A stretch of DNA of 64,000 nt from Candidatus Bathyarchaeota archaeon (GTDB lineage Archaea > Thermoproteota > Bathyarchaeia > Bathyarchaeales > Bathycorpusculaceae), in assembly GCA_963715865.1 (NCBI GenBank), contig OY970280.1:352001-416000 (forward strand), written 5' to 3'. This document shows positions 49,741 through 60,140 of the stretch, piece by piece. Position 1 is the first letter of the stretch; each line of letters opens with the position of its first letter. The notes under the pieces are model-generated. The model was not told where the DNA came from and ran no database searches. It was given only the letters and a program-made list of their open reading frames with translations. Position numbers and translations under genes: made by a program.

Positions 49741-51564
49741 TTGAAAAAGACTTTGATAATACTGCTAATTGTTTTGCTCTGTTCCCCCTTTTACCTTAAT
49801 CTTCAAGTAGTTCACGCGGATGAGCCAGCCACTTTAGCTGATGCCATAAACAACGTTTTAAGCAACATTCAAACAACCGATTCGCCTTGGGAAGTGATTT
49901 ATGGTCAAGTTTTCGGGTTACAAAACCAAACAGCCTTTGACGATGCGATATTGCAGGCTTTAAACCAATCAGACTATCAAGACGTTATATTTATTGCTAG
50001 ACTTGCTGAACTAAACAATTATTCCTCATCTGTCATAAACGATAGTGTTCGTGCAGCGTTACAAAATATGCCTATGTGCGGTAGCTTACCAATAACTTAC
50101 TATAATAATGGCGACAGCGATTGCGCAAGCAGTTTTTTAGTGTATGATAGGTACATGGTTAACGCTTACAGGTATGCTCAGGAACTCGGTATTTCAGGAT
50201 GGAATTTAACACAAGCCTTCATAGATTTTGCGAACGCTTACTTGAAACCTCCAGAAAACAGTCAATATGGAGAAATGTTGTGGATTAATCCGCTGGAAAA
50301 TTTCTCTGAATCCTTTAGCAGCCGATATTATGATGAACATGCTGAGACTTTAGATATGTTTTTAGAGTTTGCTCTTGCTGGAGTAAATGAAACTGTTTCG
50401 TATAATGGGTTAACACTAAACGCTACAGATTTTGCAGATGATTCTTTGATAAATACTCAGAGTCATTGGAGTGGTTCTATTTATGGTTATGATTCCGCTA
50501 GTGGAGAGGTTGAATGTGAAATGGGAAATTTCGCTCAAGTAATAGCAGAATACCAAAATTTTAGGGGCAACCTAACTTATTTCGACAGAGTAATTCAAGA
50601 CTTAGAATATAAACTATTAGCAGAAAACTTTAGTTCTCCAGCTTGGGGAACTGTAGGCGTTCTTAAACACGCAGATGGCAATCCACAGTTACGTTTAGGC
50701 GAAACAATGGGAGCTTTAATTGCTTTGCAAATGCTGTATCCGTATTTTTCACCAGATATGCAGGATAATTTTGCAAGTATGTTACAGAACGGTGCTTGGC
50801 AGGGATTATTAACAAGTAGTCTATATGGTAATGGGCAGTTCAAATTCTTAAGTACGGATACTGGATACGGTAGTGATGCTTCATCACTTGGAGCTATGAT
50901 GTTGTTCTTAGACGGTATAGTTCCAAACACAGGCTACTTAGCTATGAACGCAAGCAACGAACGTTATCAAGATTACCGAACTTGTTTTCCCACTTCGCAA
51001 TGGAGTTTCAATTATCAAAACCAAACAATCTGTATTCCTGTGATAGCTGGAAACTTATCGTTTTTATTCGGTTCCGAGGAGGTCTCACAAAATTTTCCTT
51101 CAAACGGAGTTTACAACATCCAATTTGCTGACGACTGGAACAGCATTATTTCAATAACTAAGGTTGCAGACATAAGCACAACAACATTGCAACCTGTCAC
51201 GTTGCAAGCTATACCGCGATCGACCTCAAGCTCTACGCCAACTCCACAGCTTACGTTACCACTAGCCCTCACTCTAACCCCGACTCCAACACCTACGCCT
51301 ACACCATCACCGACTCCACAACCAACCCCAACATCGGCACCCGCACCTACGCCAGCACCAACCTCAACTCCAACCCAGCAAGATACGCCTACTCAAAAAC
51401 CCTCAGAACCCCCAATGCAAGCATATGTCATAGTATTCATCATGTTTGCCGCATTCGGGAGCGCTACAGCATTATACTACGTTAAGAGAAAAAATCGCCA
51501 AGTTGGCACCTTAGGTAACAAGAACCTTAGAACCTTCATATGTAGAAATAAAAAAAGGCTTTGA
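49741..51564 (+). CDS. Cell-surface protein: signal peptide, large unknown domain, Pro/Thr linker, C-terminal TM
   Basis: N-terminal signal, TPTPTPTPSPTP tract, TM plus YYVKRK. Confidence 0.75.
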   Translation: MKKTLIILLIVLLCSPFYLNLQVVHADEPATLADAINNVLSNIQTTDSPWEVIYGQVFGLQNQTAFDDAILQALNQSDYQDVIFIARLAELNNYSSSVINDSVRAALQNMPMCGSLPITYYNNGDSDCASSFLVYDRYMVNAYRYAQELGISGWNLTQAFIDFANAYLKPPENSQYGEMLWINPLENFSESFSSRYYDEHAETLDMFLEFALAGVNETVSYNGLTLNATDFADDSLINTQSHWSGSIYGYDSASGEVECEMGNFAQVIAEYQNFRGNLTYFDRVIQDLEYKLLAENFSSPAWGTVGVLKHADGNPQLRLGETMGALIALQMLYPYFSPDMQDNFASMLQNGAWQGLLTSSLYGNGQFKFLSTDTGYGSDASSLGAMMLFLDGIVPNTGYLAMNASNERYQDYRTCFPTSQWSFNYQNQTICIPVIAGNLSFLFGSEEVSQNFPSNGVYNIQFADDWNSIISITKVADISTTTLQPVTLQAIPRSTSSSTPTPQLTLPLALTLTPTPTPTPTPSPTPQPTPTSAPAPTPAPTSTPTQQDTPTQKPSEPPMQAYVIVFIMFAAFGSATALYYVKRKNRQVGTLGNKNLRTFICRNKKRL

Positions 51565-51625
51565 CAGAACCGTAACAAATACTTAATTAATCCGTGTGAA
51601 TTCTCAATAGCGAGGTGCCAAAAGA

Positions 51626-52906
51626 TTGATTATCGATGACATCGTAAAAGTGGTTTATGCGCCTCAGAAAGCATTCAAGCAATTAATTGAGAACCCAAAA
51701 TACTTGGGCACACTACTAATTCTGCTTCTTTTCATAGGCATACAAGTTGGGTATGAGTACGCGCAGTTTTCGAAAACTTACACTGAGCAGACATCGCCCA
51801 CGGTTGACCAGTTACCAGCATATACCAACGCGACTTTATGGCGAAGCGGTACGGGAATAGCATTAAGCAACAATTACAATGACTACTTCAACTACAGCGT
51901 TTACGTTGCAGCGCTTGGCACTACACCGACAGATCCGCAGGGATATTATAGTTTATTTGGAAACAGCAGCTTGGAAATTGATGCTGTAAACACAAACAAT
52001 ATATCAGCAGCTTTAGGCGACGCTTTCAACGTTGACTGCAGTGCCAGTGGCTTCCAAAACCTTTCAATGACAATAAAAATGGTGGCGCCTCAAACTGCAC
52101 CTCAAAACGCAGCTTTAACCCTGTACTCACTTAATGACTCCAACTACTACACATACGACTTAACATCTTCCTTATCAAACACGACAGCAATTGGCTTATG
52201 GCAAAACTTAACCATCCCAGTTGGGTCAGCTGCCCAAGGTTGGACTAGTGGTGGTGCACCTACTTGGGGTAATGTGACAGCTCTAAAACTAGACTTCAAC
52301 TACCTAGCTAATTCCAACATAACCATACGTATCGGCGCATTATTCTTCCGCGGTCAATATCAAACGCCCATCGAGTACAATAACACTGGACTTCTGCTAC
52401 AGTTTTTGCAAGTGTTCTCCTTACAGTTCATTTTCAGCTGGTTCCTGTTGACAGGGCTGATTTACCTATTCTTTAAAGGGCTAAAAACCAACGTGGCTTG
52501 GAAACCTATTTTTGTTGCTTTAGCTTTTGCTTTGTTCGTAATGGTTATTCGAGCATTAGTAAATCTTGTCGCAGCACTTACTTTGCCACCAGTTTATTAT
52601 CCCTTTGACCTTTCGCTTGGCGTACGTTTTGACGCTTTTGGATCAGTATTTTATCCTCCAGAGGCAGTAGGCACCCTATCAGCGCAGTCTCAAGCAATTT
52701 TCAGCAGTGCTGATTCGTTGACTTCAGCTTTCAGATTTGTAACTTCGGGAATATTTTACGTCGCATACGTGTGGTTAGGCGCCTTATGCACTATAATCGT
52801 TGGAACACTGAAACCAGAGTTTTCAATGGTGAAGAGAATAGTGATATCCGGTGTCAGCATAGCAGTCACAATTTTGCTATTGCTTTTGCTGGTGGGTATT
52901 GCTTAA
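51626..52906 (+). CDS. Yip1-like membrane protein with a large extracellular insert
   Basis: IVKVVYAPQKAFKQLIENPK N-terminus, about 210-aa beta-rich insert, C-terminal TMs. Confidence 0.6.
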   Translation: MIIDDIVKVVYAPQKAFKQLIENPKYLGTLLILLLFIGIQVGYEYAQFSKTYTEQTSPTVDQLPAYTNATLWRSGTGIALSNNYNDYFNYSVYVAALGTTPTDPQGYYSLFGNSSLEIDAVNTNNISAALGDAFNVDCSASGFQNLSMTIKMVAPQTAPQNAALTLYSLNDSNYYTYDLTSSLSNTTAIGLWQNLTIPVGSAAQGWTSGGAPTWGNVTALKLDFNYLANSNITIRIGALFFRGQYQTPIEYNNTGLLLQFLQVFSLQFIFSWFLLTGLIYLFFKGLKTNVAWKPIFVALAFALFVMVIRALVNLVAALTLPPVYYPFDLSLGVRFDAFGSVFYPPEAVGTLSAQSQAIFSSADSLTSAFRFVTSGIFYVAYVWLGALCTIIVGTLKPEFSMVKRIVISGVSIAVTILLLLLLVGIA

Positions 52907-53044
52907 ACCAACGCAAGACAATCTCCTTAATTTTTTCCATTTTTTATAGCTGAAGCAGGCGCAGTTAGCAAGATTTATATGATTGAAGGTCAACTTTGCA
53001 AGTGAAAACCCTTAGCAAGGAATTTACACTTTAGGTGACTGAAA

Positions 53045-53338
53045 ATGGTTGCAATTAAGGATTTGAAGAATGGAATGAAACAGGTTAGCGTTGAAGCGAA
53101 AGTTGTTGAAAAAGGCGACCCGCGAGAAGTTAAATCACGATTCAAAGATGAGACTTACAAGATAGTTGATGCTGTAGTTGCAGACGAGACAGGCAGCATA
53201 AAACTGACATTGTGGAATGAGCAGATTGACCAAGTCAACGTTGGCGATAACATTAAAATTGACAACGGTTACATTACCAGTTTTAAGGGTGAAATCCAGC
53301 TTAACGTTGGGAAATTTGGAAAATTAACTGTTGAGTAA
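53045..53338 (+). CDS. ssb: Single-stranded DNA-binding protein (single OB fold)
   Basis: VADETGSIKLTLWNEQ...GDNIKIDNGYITSFKGEIQLNVGKFG. Confidence 0.88.
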   Translation: MVAIKDLKNGMKQVSVEAKVVEKGDPREVKSRFKDETYKIVDAVVADETGSIKLTLWNEQIDQVNVGDNIKIDNGYITSFKGEIQLNVGKFGKLTVE

Positions 53339-53588
53339 AGCACCAGTTACCGTTATCTATCAGTCTTAAAACATCTACCTCAAAGTAATATATGACGGGT
53401 TATTTGTTGGTGCACTGGTAGCGTTTGGTTTAAAACGTTGGCAGTTTCACCGATTAAAAGCGCGCAGGAAAAACGGTGAGTTAAGTCTGAAGCGAATAGT
53501 AAAGGGTTGAAATAACTAACTTTTTAGAAAAAATTTATTAATTCAATTCTTAATTGGGACATTCCTTGTTTATTTGCGGAGAAGCAAC

Positions 53589-56500
53589 ATGCAGTTCAAA
53601 CTTATAGCGCCATACCAAGCCTCACCAGGGCAGGAAGCGGCAGTAGAACAGTTAGTGAACAACTTCTCCAAAAAAGAAAAACAAACCCTTCTCGGAATCA
53701 CCGGAAGCGGCAAAAGCGTCATATCAGATACAGATATTGTAATAAAGAAAAATGGCGTTCACTCAAAAGAAAAAATAGGGTTGCTAATAGACAGCATCAT
53801 CGCGGAAAATGAAAGCAAAGTAAAAATGGTGACTGGAACAGAGGTTTTGGATGCCTGTGAAGTTGAGGATGTCTATGAAGCTTACAGTTTCAATCCAGAA
53901 AGCAAAAAATCGGGATGGAACCGGGTAGAGCAATTTATCCGTCACAAATCCCCTAATAATCTTTATAGAATAAAAAGCTCATGCGGAAGAGAAGTTGTAA
54001 TTACAGGAGATCATAATTTCTTCGCGCTTAGAGATGGGAAGCTATTGCTTTTGAAAACTACAGACCTCAAGAATGAAGATTTCTTGCCCATTCCAAACAA
54101 GATCGAGGAACCAGCAAAGCTCTTGGAGAGCATTTCTGTAGAAAGTATTTGTTCAGAATTAAAATCATTCGCTTCATTGCCAAATCTTGCAGTTTCACTA
54201 GAAAACAACAAGAAAAGAATAACCTCTCTGATACCTTACTCAAAACTATACAGAATCTTACATTTCAATGAAAGGGTTCAATACAAAACCTACAAAGAGC
54301 TACTTGATATCGATCCTATATCTTGTAAGGGGGCGAAATTTGGGCTTTTTCATGGCGATAAGGATTTGCCGCTTAATATCAAAATAACTGATGATTTTCT
54401 TAGATTTTTAGGGTATTATATCGCAGAAGGTCATGGAGAAAAAGAGTATTTTATTATATCATCTGGCAATGAAGCGATTATCTCGGATTTTCTCCAGACC
54501 ATCGATAAATTAAGAATTCACAGTTCTAAACGTCCTGAGACTTACGATTATGTCTGTTATTCCACTTTCTATACATCGGTTATCAAAGCTTGGTGCGGCA
54601 GAGATTCTGGCTCCAAGCACCTTCCCCATTTCTGGATGCAACTTTCCAATAAGCAGCTTGCTAATCTGCTTATGGCTTATTTCTCAGGCGATGGATGCGT
54701 TAATGCAAAAACCGTATCATGCCTAACAAAAAGTAAACAGTTAGCATCCGACATAGCTTATTCGCTTCTTCGTTTTGGCATTGTTACACGAACTAGAAAA
54801 AGAATGGTACTTCTCCCACGAAAGAAAAAACGACTACCTTATTTTGAAATATGTATTTCAGGGCAAAAATTCTTGAAAATATTCAAGACAGAAATAGGAT
54901 TCGTGCAAAAGATAAAAAATGAAGCTCTGGAAAAGATTACATCAGGTTTAGGCAATACCAACGTTGACATTATTCCGGCGAATTCTTTGATCAAGAAAAC
55001 AAGAGAAGCTTTGAAAATCTTTCAAAAAGACCTATCTTCTTTAGCTGGCGTCAACCAGTCGTATATATCCATGATTGAAAATGGTCAAAGAATGCCTTCG
55101 AGAGACGTTACAAAAAAGATAGTTGCGGCTTTTTACCATTTAGCCAAGCAAAAAAACATGAGTGAAATATCTGTAGACATAGCCAGATTGGATAGTTTAC
55201 TTGAGATTTTCTGGTCTCCAATATCAAAAATTGAACGTATTGAAGGCGAAGAATTTGTTTATGACCTATCTGTGGAAAGCAATGAAACTTTCCTAGCGGG
55301 AACCGGAGGGCTATTTCTTCATAACACTTTTGTCATGGCTAACTTGATTAACAGGCTTCAGAAGCCAACGCTCATTATCGCACATAACAAGACGTTGGCG
55401 GCGCAGCTTTACGGTGAATTAAAAGAGCTTTTTCCCCACAACCGAGTGGAATACTTCATTTCATTTTACGACTACTACCAGCCAGAATCATATTTGCCAG
55501 CCCAAGACATGTACATCGAGAAAGACTCAACCGTAAATGAGCAAATAGAAAAAATGCGCATGCATGCCGTATCCAGCATCGTAAGCCGAAACGACACGAT
55601 AATAGTAGCCAGCATAAGCTGCATTTACAGTCTTGGAAACCCTGACGACTTCAGAACCATGGCCGCCGAATTAGAGGTTGGAAAGCAGACCACAAGGCAG
55701 GAACTCATCCATGCCCTAGTAGACATGCAATACGAGCGAAACGATATGGTGCTTGAAGCGGGCAGGTTCCGTGTTCGGGGCGACGTGTTGGATGTTGTGC
55801 CTTCCTACGAGAATGATATTTTACGTGTTGAACTTGAAGGAAACCGAATCAGCAAAATCAAAGAGGTCAACCTGTTGACGGGTGACGTGAAGGTAACTCT
55901 TGATAGGCTTACGCTTTATCCTGCTCGCCAGTACGTGGTGCCTGAAGAGAAACATGCCCTCGCGCTTGAGCATATAAAGCAAGAATTAGAAGAGAGATTG
56001 CCCCAGCTTCCTCCGCTTGAGGCTCAACGGCTTAAACAACGAACAAACTACGATTTAGAAATGATTAAGGAAGTCGGCTTCTGCGCAGGAATGGAAAATT
56101 ACAGCAGACACTTCGATGGACGCAATTCTGGCGAGCCACCGTTCACGTTGATGGATTACTTCCCTAAAGATTACCTCTTGATTATTGATGAGAGCCACCA
56201 AACCATTCCTCAAGCACACGCCATGTACAACGGTGACTACTCAAGAAAAAAGAACCTTGTAGACTTCGGCTTCAGACTACCCAGCGCACTTGACAACAGA
56301 CCACTCAGGTTTGAAGAGTTCGAGCGGAAAATGGGCAAAACACTCTTCGTCTCCGCAACCCCAGCCGAATACGAACTAGAAAAAAGTCGTCCACCAGTGG
56401 AATTAATCACTCGACCAACCGGGCTTTTGGACCCTGAGGTTGAGCTTCATTCTATAGCTGGACAGATGCAGCATTTGATGCAGGAAGCAAAGAAAACCAT

Positions 56501-57143
56501 CGAGCGAGGCGACCGCATCCTAATCACAACCCTAACAAAGCGGATGGCTGAAGATTTAGCGGATTACCTTGCTAAAGAAGGCTTCCGCGTAAGGTACATG
56601 CATTCTGAAATCGAAAGCTTAGACCGAATAGAACTTGTACGGCAACTGCGAGTCGGCGAATTCGACATTTTGGTCGGAATTAACCTCCTGCGTGAAGGCT
56701 TAGACATTCCAGAGGTTGCAACAATTTTCATTTTAGACGCCGACAAAGAAGGTTTCCTGCGAGATGAACGAAGCCTGATACAAACCATTGGGCGCGCATC
56801 AAGAAACGTCAACGGCAAAGTAATACTCTACGCCGATGTTGAAACAGCGTCGATTAAGCGAGCCATGAAAATCACCAGGTACAGACGCCAATTCCAGAAA
56901 CGCTTCAACCAGCTTCACCATATCACGCCTAAGACGATAGTGAAGAGTGTCTCTTTGAAAGAGGGCACGATTAAGGGTACCAAACACTTGGCGAAATCGG
57001 ACATTAAGCGCCAGTTGGTTGAGCTTGATGCGCAAATGAGGGAAGCCGCAGAGAAGCTGGAGTTTGAGCGGGCTATTGAGCTTAGGGATGCTATTGCAGA
57101 GTTGAATAGGGCGTTGTCTAAGAAGGTGGAAAGTGAGCGTTAA
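53589..57143 (+). CDS. uvrB: Excinuclease ABC subunit B with intein
   Basis: GITGSGK[intein]TF, AHNKTLAAQLY, YYDYYQPE, IDESH, GINLLREGLD, EFERAIELRD. Confidence 0.96.
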   Translation: MQFKLIAPYQASPGQEAAVEQLVNNFSKKEKQTLLGITGSGKSVISDTDIVIKKNGVHSKEKIGLLIDSIIAENESKVKMVTGTEVLDACEVEDVYEAYSFNPESKKSGWNRVEQFIRHKSPNNLYRIKSSCGREVVITGDHNFFALRDGKLLLLKTTDLKNEDFLPIPNKIEEPAKLLESISVESICSELKSFASLPNLAVSLENNKKRITSLIPYSKLYRILHFNERVQYKTYKELLDIDPISCKGAKFGLFHGDKDLPLNIKITDDFLRFLGYYIAEGHGEKEYFIISSGNEAIISDFLQTIDKLRIHSSKRPETYDYVCYSTFYTSVIKAWCGRDSGSKHLPHFWMQLSNKQLANLLMAYFSGDGCVNAKTVSCLTKSKQLASDIAYSLLRFGIVTRTRKRMVLLPRKKKRLPYFEICISGQKFLKIFKTEIGFVQKIKNEALEKITSGLGNTNVDIIPANSLIKKTREALKIFQKDLSSLAGVNQSYISMIENGQRMPSRDVTKKIVAAFYHLAKQKNMSEISVDIARLDSLLEIFWSPISKIERIEGEEFVYDLSVESNETFLAGTGGLFLHNTFVMANLINRLQKPTLIIAHNKTLAAQLYGELKELFPHNRVEYFISFYDYYQPESYLPAQDMYIEKDSTVNEQIEKMRMHAVSSIVSRNDTIIVASISCIYSLGNPDDFRTMAAELEVGKQTTRQELIHALVDMQYERNDMVLEAGRFRVRGDVLDVVPSYENDILRVELEGNRISKIKEVNLLTGDVKVTLDRLTLYPARQYVVPEEKHALALEHIKQELEERLPQLPPLEAQRLKQRTNYDLEMIKEVGFCAGMENYSRHFDGRNSGEPPFTLMDYFPKDYLLIIDESHQTIPQAHAMYNGDYSRKKNLVDFGFRLPSALDNRPLRFEEFERKMGKTLFVSATPAEYELEKSRPPVELITRPTGLLDPEVELHSIAGQMQHLMQEAKKTIERGDRILITTLTKRMAEDLADYLAKEGFRVRYMHSEIESLDRIELVRQLRVGEFDILVGINLLREGLDIPEVATIFILDADKEGFLRDERSLIQTIGRASRNVNGKVILYADVETASIKRAMKITRYRRQFQKRFNQLHHITPKTIVKSVSLKEGTIKGTKHLAKSDIKRQLVELDAQMREAAEKLEFERAIELRDAIAELNRALSKKVESER
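53715..55325 (+). mobile_element. 537-aa intein with LAGLIDADG endonuclease and Cro/C1 HTH insert
   Basis: Starts SVISDT after Walker A Lys, ends LFLHN/T; block B ITGDHNFF; FLGYYIAEG and LMAYFSGDG; QKDLSSLAGVNQSYISMIENG. Confidence 0.93.
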
Positions 57144-57239
57144 ACCAAGAAATTGAGGGCTTTGAAGCAAAAAGGTTGAAATCTTTCATGCTTAAACAAG
57201 TTACAATTTACAGAAGCGGAGTAGGAAACGGTTTACGTT

Positions 57240-60140
57240 ATGAGAGATAACATTTCAATTAAGGGTGCAAGAGAGCACAACCTCAAAAACATAGATGTAG
57301 AGTTGCCCAGAAACAAGTTTATAGTGATTACTGGGCTCTCAGGCTCCGGAAAATCCACCCTAGCCTTCGACACTATTTACGCTGAAGGCCAAAGAAGATA
57401 TGTTGAAAGCCTATCTGCCTACGCAAGACAATTTCTCGGCTTAATGGATAAGCCAGATGTTGACTCGATTGAAGGGTTATCTCCAGCAATCTCCATTGAA
57501 CAGAAAAGCACCAGCAAAAATCCCCGCTCAACCGTTGGCACAGTCACTGAAATATACGATTACCTCAGGCTGCTTTACGCGCGCATTGGTACACATCACT
57601 GCCCAAAATGCGGTAGTTCAATTCATCCTCAGAGCCCTGAAAACATAACCAGTTTAATTATGGCTGAGAAAGAAAAAACACTCATTTTCCTAGCACCAAT
57701 AATTCGGGGAATAAAAGGCACACATGAACAAGTTTTTGACGACCTCAAAAAACAAGGCTACACCAAAATTCGCGTTGACCAAAAAATTTACGATTCAGAC
57801 ACAATTAAAGAAGAAGTTAAACTTCTGCGTTATGAGAAGCACTGGATTGAAGCCGTTATTGACACAGTGAAAATTGTCGATGAGGAGCGCTCACGTATTT
57901 CTGAAGACGTGGAGCAGGCGCTTCAAGTAGGCAAAGGAACCATGATAGTCATTGACGCCCAAAAAGCTGACGCGGAAAAGAAGAAGGAGCTTGAACGCTT
58001 TGAAGATGAAACAATGTTCAGCACTTTTGGAGCCTGCCCTAACCATCCAGAAATAGTATTTGAAAGTCTCGAGCCGCGCATGTTCTCGTTCAACTCGCCC
58101 TTTGGCGCTTGCCCAAGCTGCCACGGCTTAGGTGAAATCACAGAAATTTCCGAAGATTTAGTGATTCCGGACAAGAATCTCTCTATTATGGATGGAGCTT
58201 TAGCTGTTTACGGCGGAATGGACCTTAGCTGGCGGGCACAGCAGCTTGCGACGGTGGGCAAAAAACACGGATTCGACGTTTTCACTCAAATGAAGGATTT
58301 GACAGAACAGCAACTGCACGTGCTTTTGTACGGCGACAAAGAACCATTGAACGGTCATTGGTCAAATGGGGCAAACATGTGGATGCGTGACGGTTGGGAA
58401 GGTGTAATCCCGCAAACGGCGAGGCTTTACCGTCAAACTGAAAGTGAATGGCGGAAAGAAGACATTGAAAAGTTCATGACCTCTAGGCCCTGTAACGCGT
58501 GCAAAGGGAAAAAATTGCAGCCAGTAGTGCTAGCCGTAAAAATACTGGACAAAAGCATCATCGACGTTACAGATCTCTCAATCGAAGAAGCGGTTGACTT
58601 CTTCCACAACTTACCAGCCAAACTTAACGAGAAAGAATTAGCCATTGCCAAGCAAGTGCTCAAGGAAATCAACGAGCGATTGGGCTTTCTTAAGAATGTT
58701 GGTTTAGGCTATCTTTCGCTTTCTCGTGCGGCAAGAACACTTTCAAGCGGTGAAGCCCAAAGGATTCGTTTGGCTACGCAAATTGGCAGTAACTTGATGG
58801 GTGTATTGTACATTCTTGATGAACCCAGCATTGGTTTGCATCAAAGGGATAACGCTAAACTCATAAGCACACTTCACCGCTTACGCGATTTAGGCAACAC
58901 GCTGATTGTTGTAGAACATGATGAAGAAACCATACGCAATGCAGACCATATTGTCGACATGGGACCCGGCGCAGGAGTCCACGGAGGACACGTTGTCGCA
59001 GAAGGCTCACCAGCTGAAATCATGGCAAATAAGCGAAGCCTCACAGGCAAGTACCTTTCGGGCGAATTAAAGATTGAATTGCCAACGACAAGGCGAAAAC
59101 CTGTTGGCTACATCAACGTTAAAGGTGCGGAAGAAAACAATCTTAAAAAACTAACTTTGCAATTGCCGTTAGGAGTATTATGTGGAGTTACTGGTGTTTC
59201 TGGTTCTGGCAAGAGTACACTGATGAATTTGACTGTTATTCCGCTTTTGCGGCAAATGTTCGGCGAACACGTCGATAAAGTAGGCAAACACGAATCGATT
59301 GATGTCCCAAAGTTAGTCAGGAATGTCATAGTTATCAATCAAGACCCAATTGGAAGGACACCGAGGAGTAATCCTGCAACTTACACTAAGCTTTTTGATG
59401 AAATTAGGCGCATTTTTGCTTCAACTAAAGAGGCAAGAGCACATGGTTACAAGGAAGGAAGGTTCAGCTTTAACGTGAAAGGCGGCAGGTGTGAAACCTG
59501 TCAAGGCGACGGCGTATTGCGTATCGAAATGAACTTCCTGCCTGATGTTTACGTGCAATGTAGCGAGTGCAAGGGAAAACGTTACAATAAGGAAACCTTA
59601 AGCGTTCTTTACAAGGGCAAGAATATTGCTGAAGTGTTGGATATGACTGTGGAGGAAGCGGCGAAGTTCTTTGAGAATACTCCAAGGATTTCACGCAAAC
59701 TTGGCACGCTCTTAGACGTTGGGCTTGGGTACATTAAACTTGGGCAAAGTTCAACCACATTGTCTGGTGGAGAAAGCCAACGCATCAAAATTACGCGTGA
59801 ACTTAGCAAACACAAAGTTGGGCACGTCGTTTACATGCTTGACGAACCTACCACGGGTTTGCATTTTGATGATACTAAACGGTTGATTAAAGTGTTAAAT
59901 CGGCTTGTTGACAACGGCAACACCGTTTACATCATCGAACATAACCTTGACGTCATTAAAAGCTGCGATTATCTAATTGATCTGGGTCCTGAAGGCGGAG
60001 CTGCTGGCGGTGAAGTACTGGCTCAGGGAAGGCCTGAGGAAGTTGCACAAAACGATGGGTCTTATACGGGTAAGTTTTTGAAAAAAATACTTAACCGCCA
60101 GCAAGAAGAAAATAGTTTGGCAGTGAAGCAGTCTGCATGA
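57240..60140 (+). CDS. uvrA: Excinuclease ABC subunit A
   Basis: [45 protein letters not shown], Zn fingers. Confidence 0.98.
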   Translation: MRDNISIKGAREHNLKNIDVELPRNKFIVITGLSGSGKSTLAFDTIYAEGQRRYVESLSAYARQFLGLMDKPDVDSIEGLSPAISIEQKSTSKNPRSTVGTVTEIYDYLRLLYARIGTHHCPKCGSSIHPQSPENITSLIMAEKEKTLIFLAPIIRGIKGTHEQVFDDLKKQGYTKIRVDQKIYDSDTIKEEVKLLRYEKHWIEAVIDTVKIVDEERSRISEDVEQALQVGKGTMIVIDAQKADAEKKKELERFEDETMFSTFGACPNHPEIVFESLEPRMFSFNSPFGACPSCHGLGEITEISEDLVIPDKNLSIMDGALAVYGGMDLSWRAQQLATVGKKHGFDVFTQMKDLTEQQLHVLLYGDKEPLNGHWSNGANMWMRDGWEGVIPQTARLYRQTESEWRKEDIEKFMTSRPCNACKGKKLQPVVLAVKILDKSIIDVTDLSIEEAVDFFHNLPAKLNEKELAIAKQVLKEINERLGFLKNVGLGYLSLSRAARTLSSGEAQRIRLATQIGSNLMGVLYILDEPSIGLHQRDNAKLISTLHRLRDLGNTLIVVEHDEETIRNADHIVDMGPGAGVHGGHVVAEGSPAEIMANKRSLTGKYLSGELKIELPTTRRKPVGYINVKGAEENNLKKLTLQLPLGVLCGVTGVSGSGKSTLMNLTVIPLLRQMFGEHVDKVGKHESIDVPKLVRNVIVINQDPIGRTPRSNPATYTKLFDEIRRIFASTKEARAHGYKEGRFSFNVKGGRCETCQGDGVLRIEMNFLPDVYVQCSECKGKRYNKETLSVLYKGKNIAEVLDMTVEEAAKFFENTPRISRKLGTLLDVGLGYIKLGQSSTTLSGGESQRIKITRELSKHKVGHVVYMLDEPTTGLHFDDTKRLIKVLNRLVDNGNTVYIIEHNLDVIKSCDYLIDLGPEGGAAGGEVLAQGRPEEVAQNDGSYTGKFLKKILNRQQEENSLAVKQSA

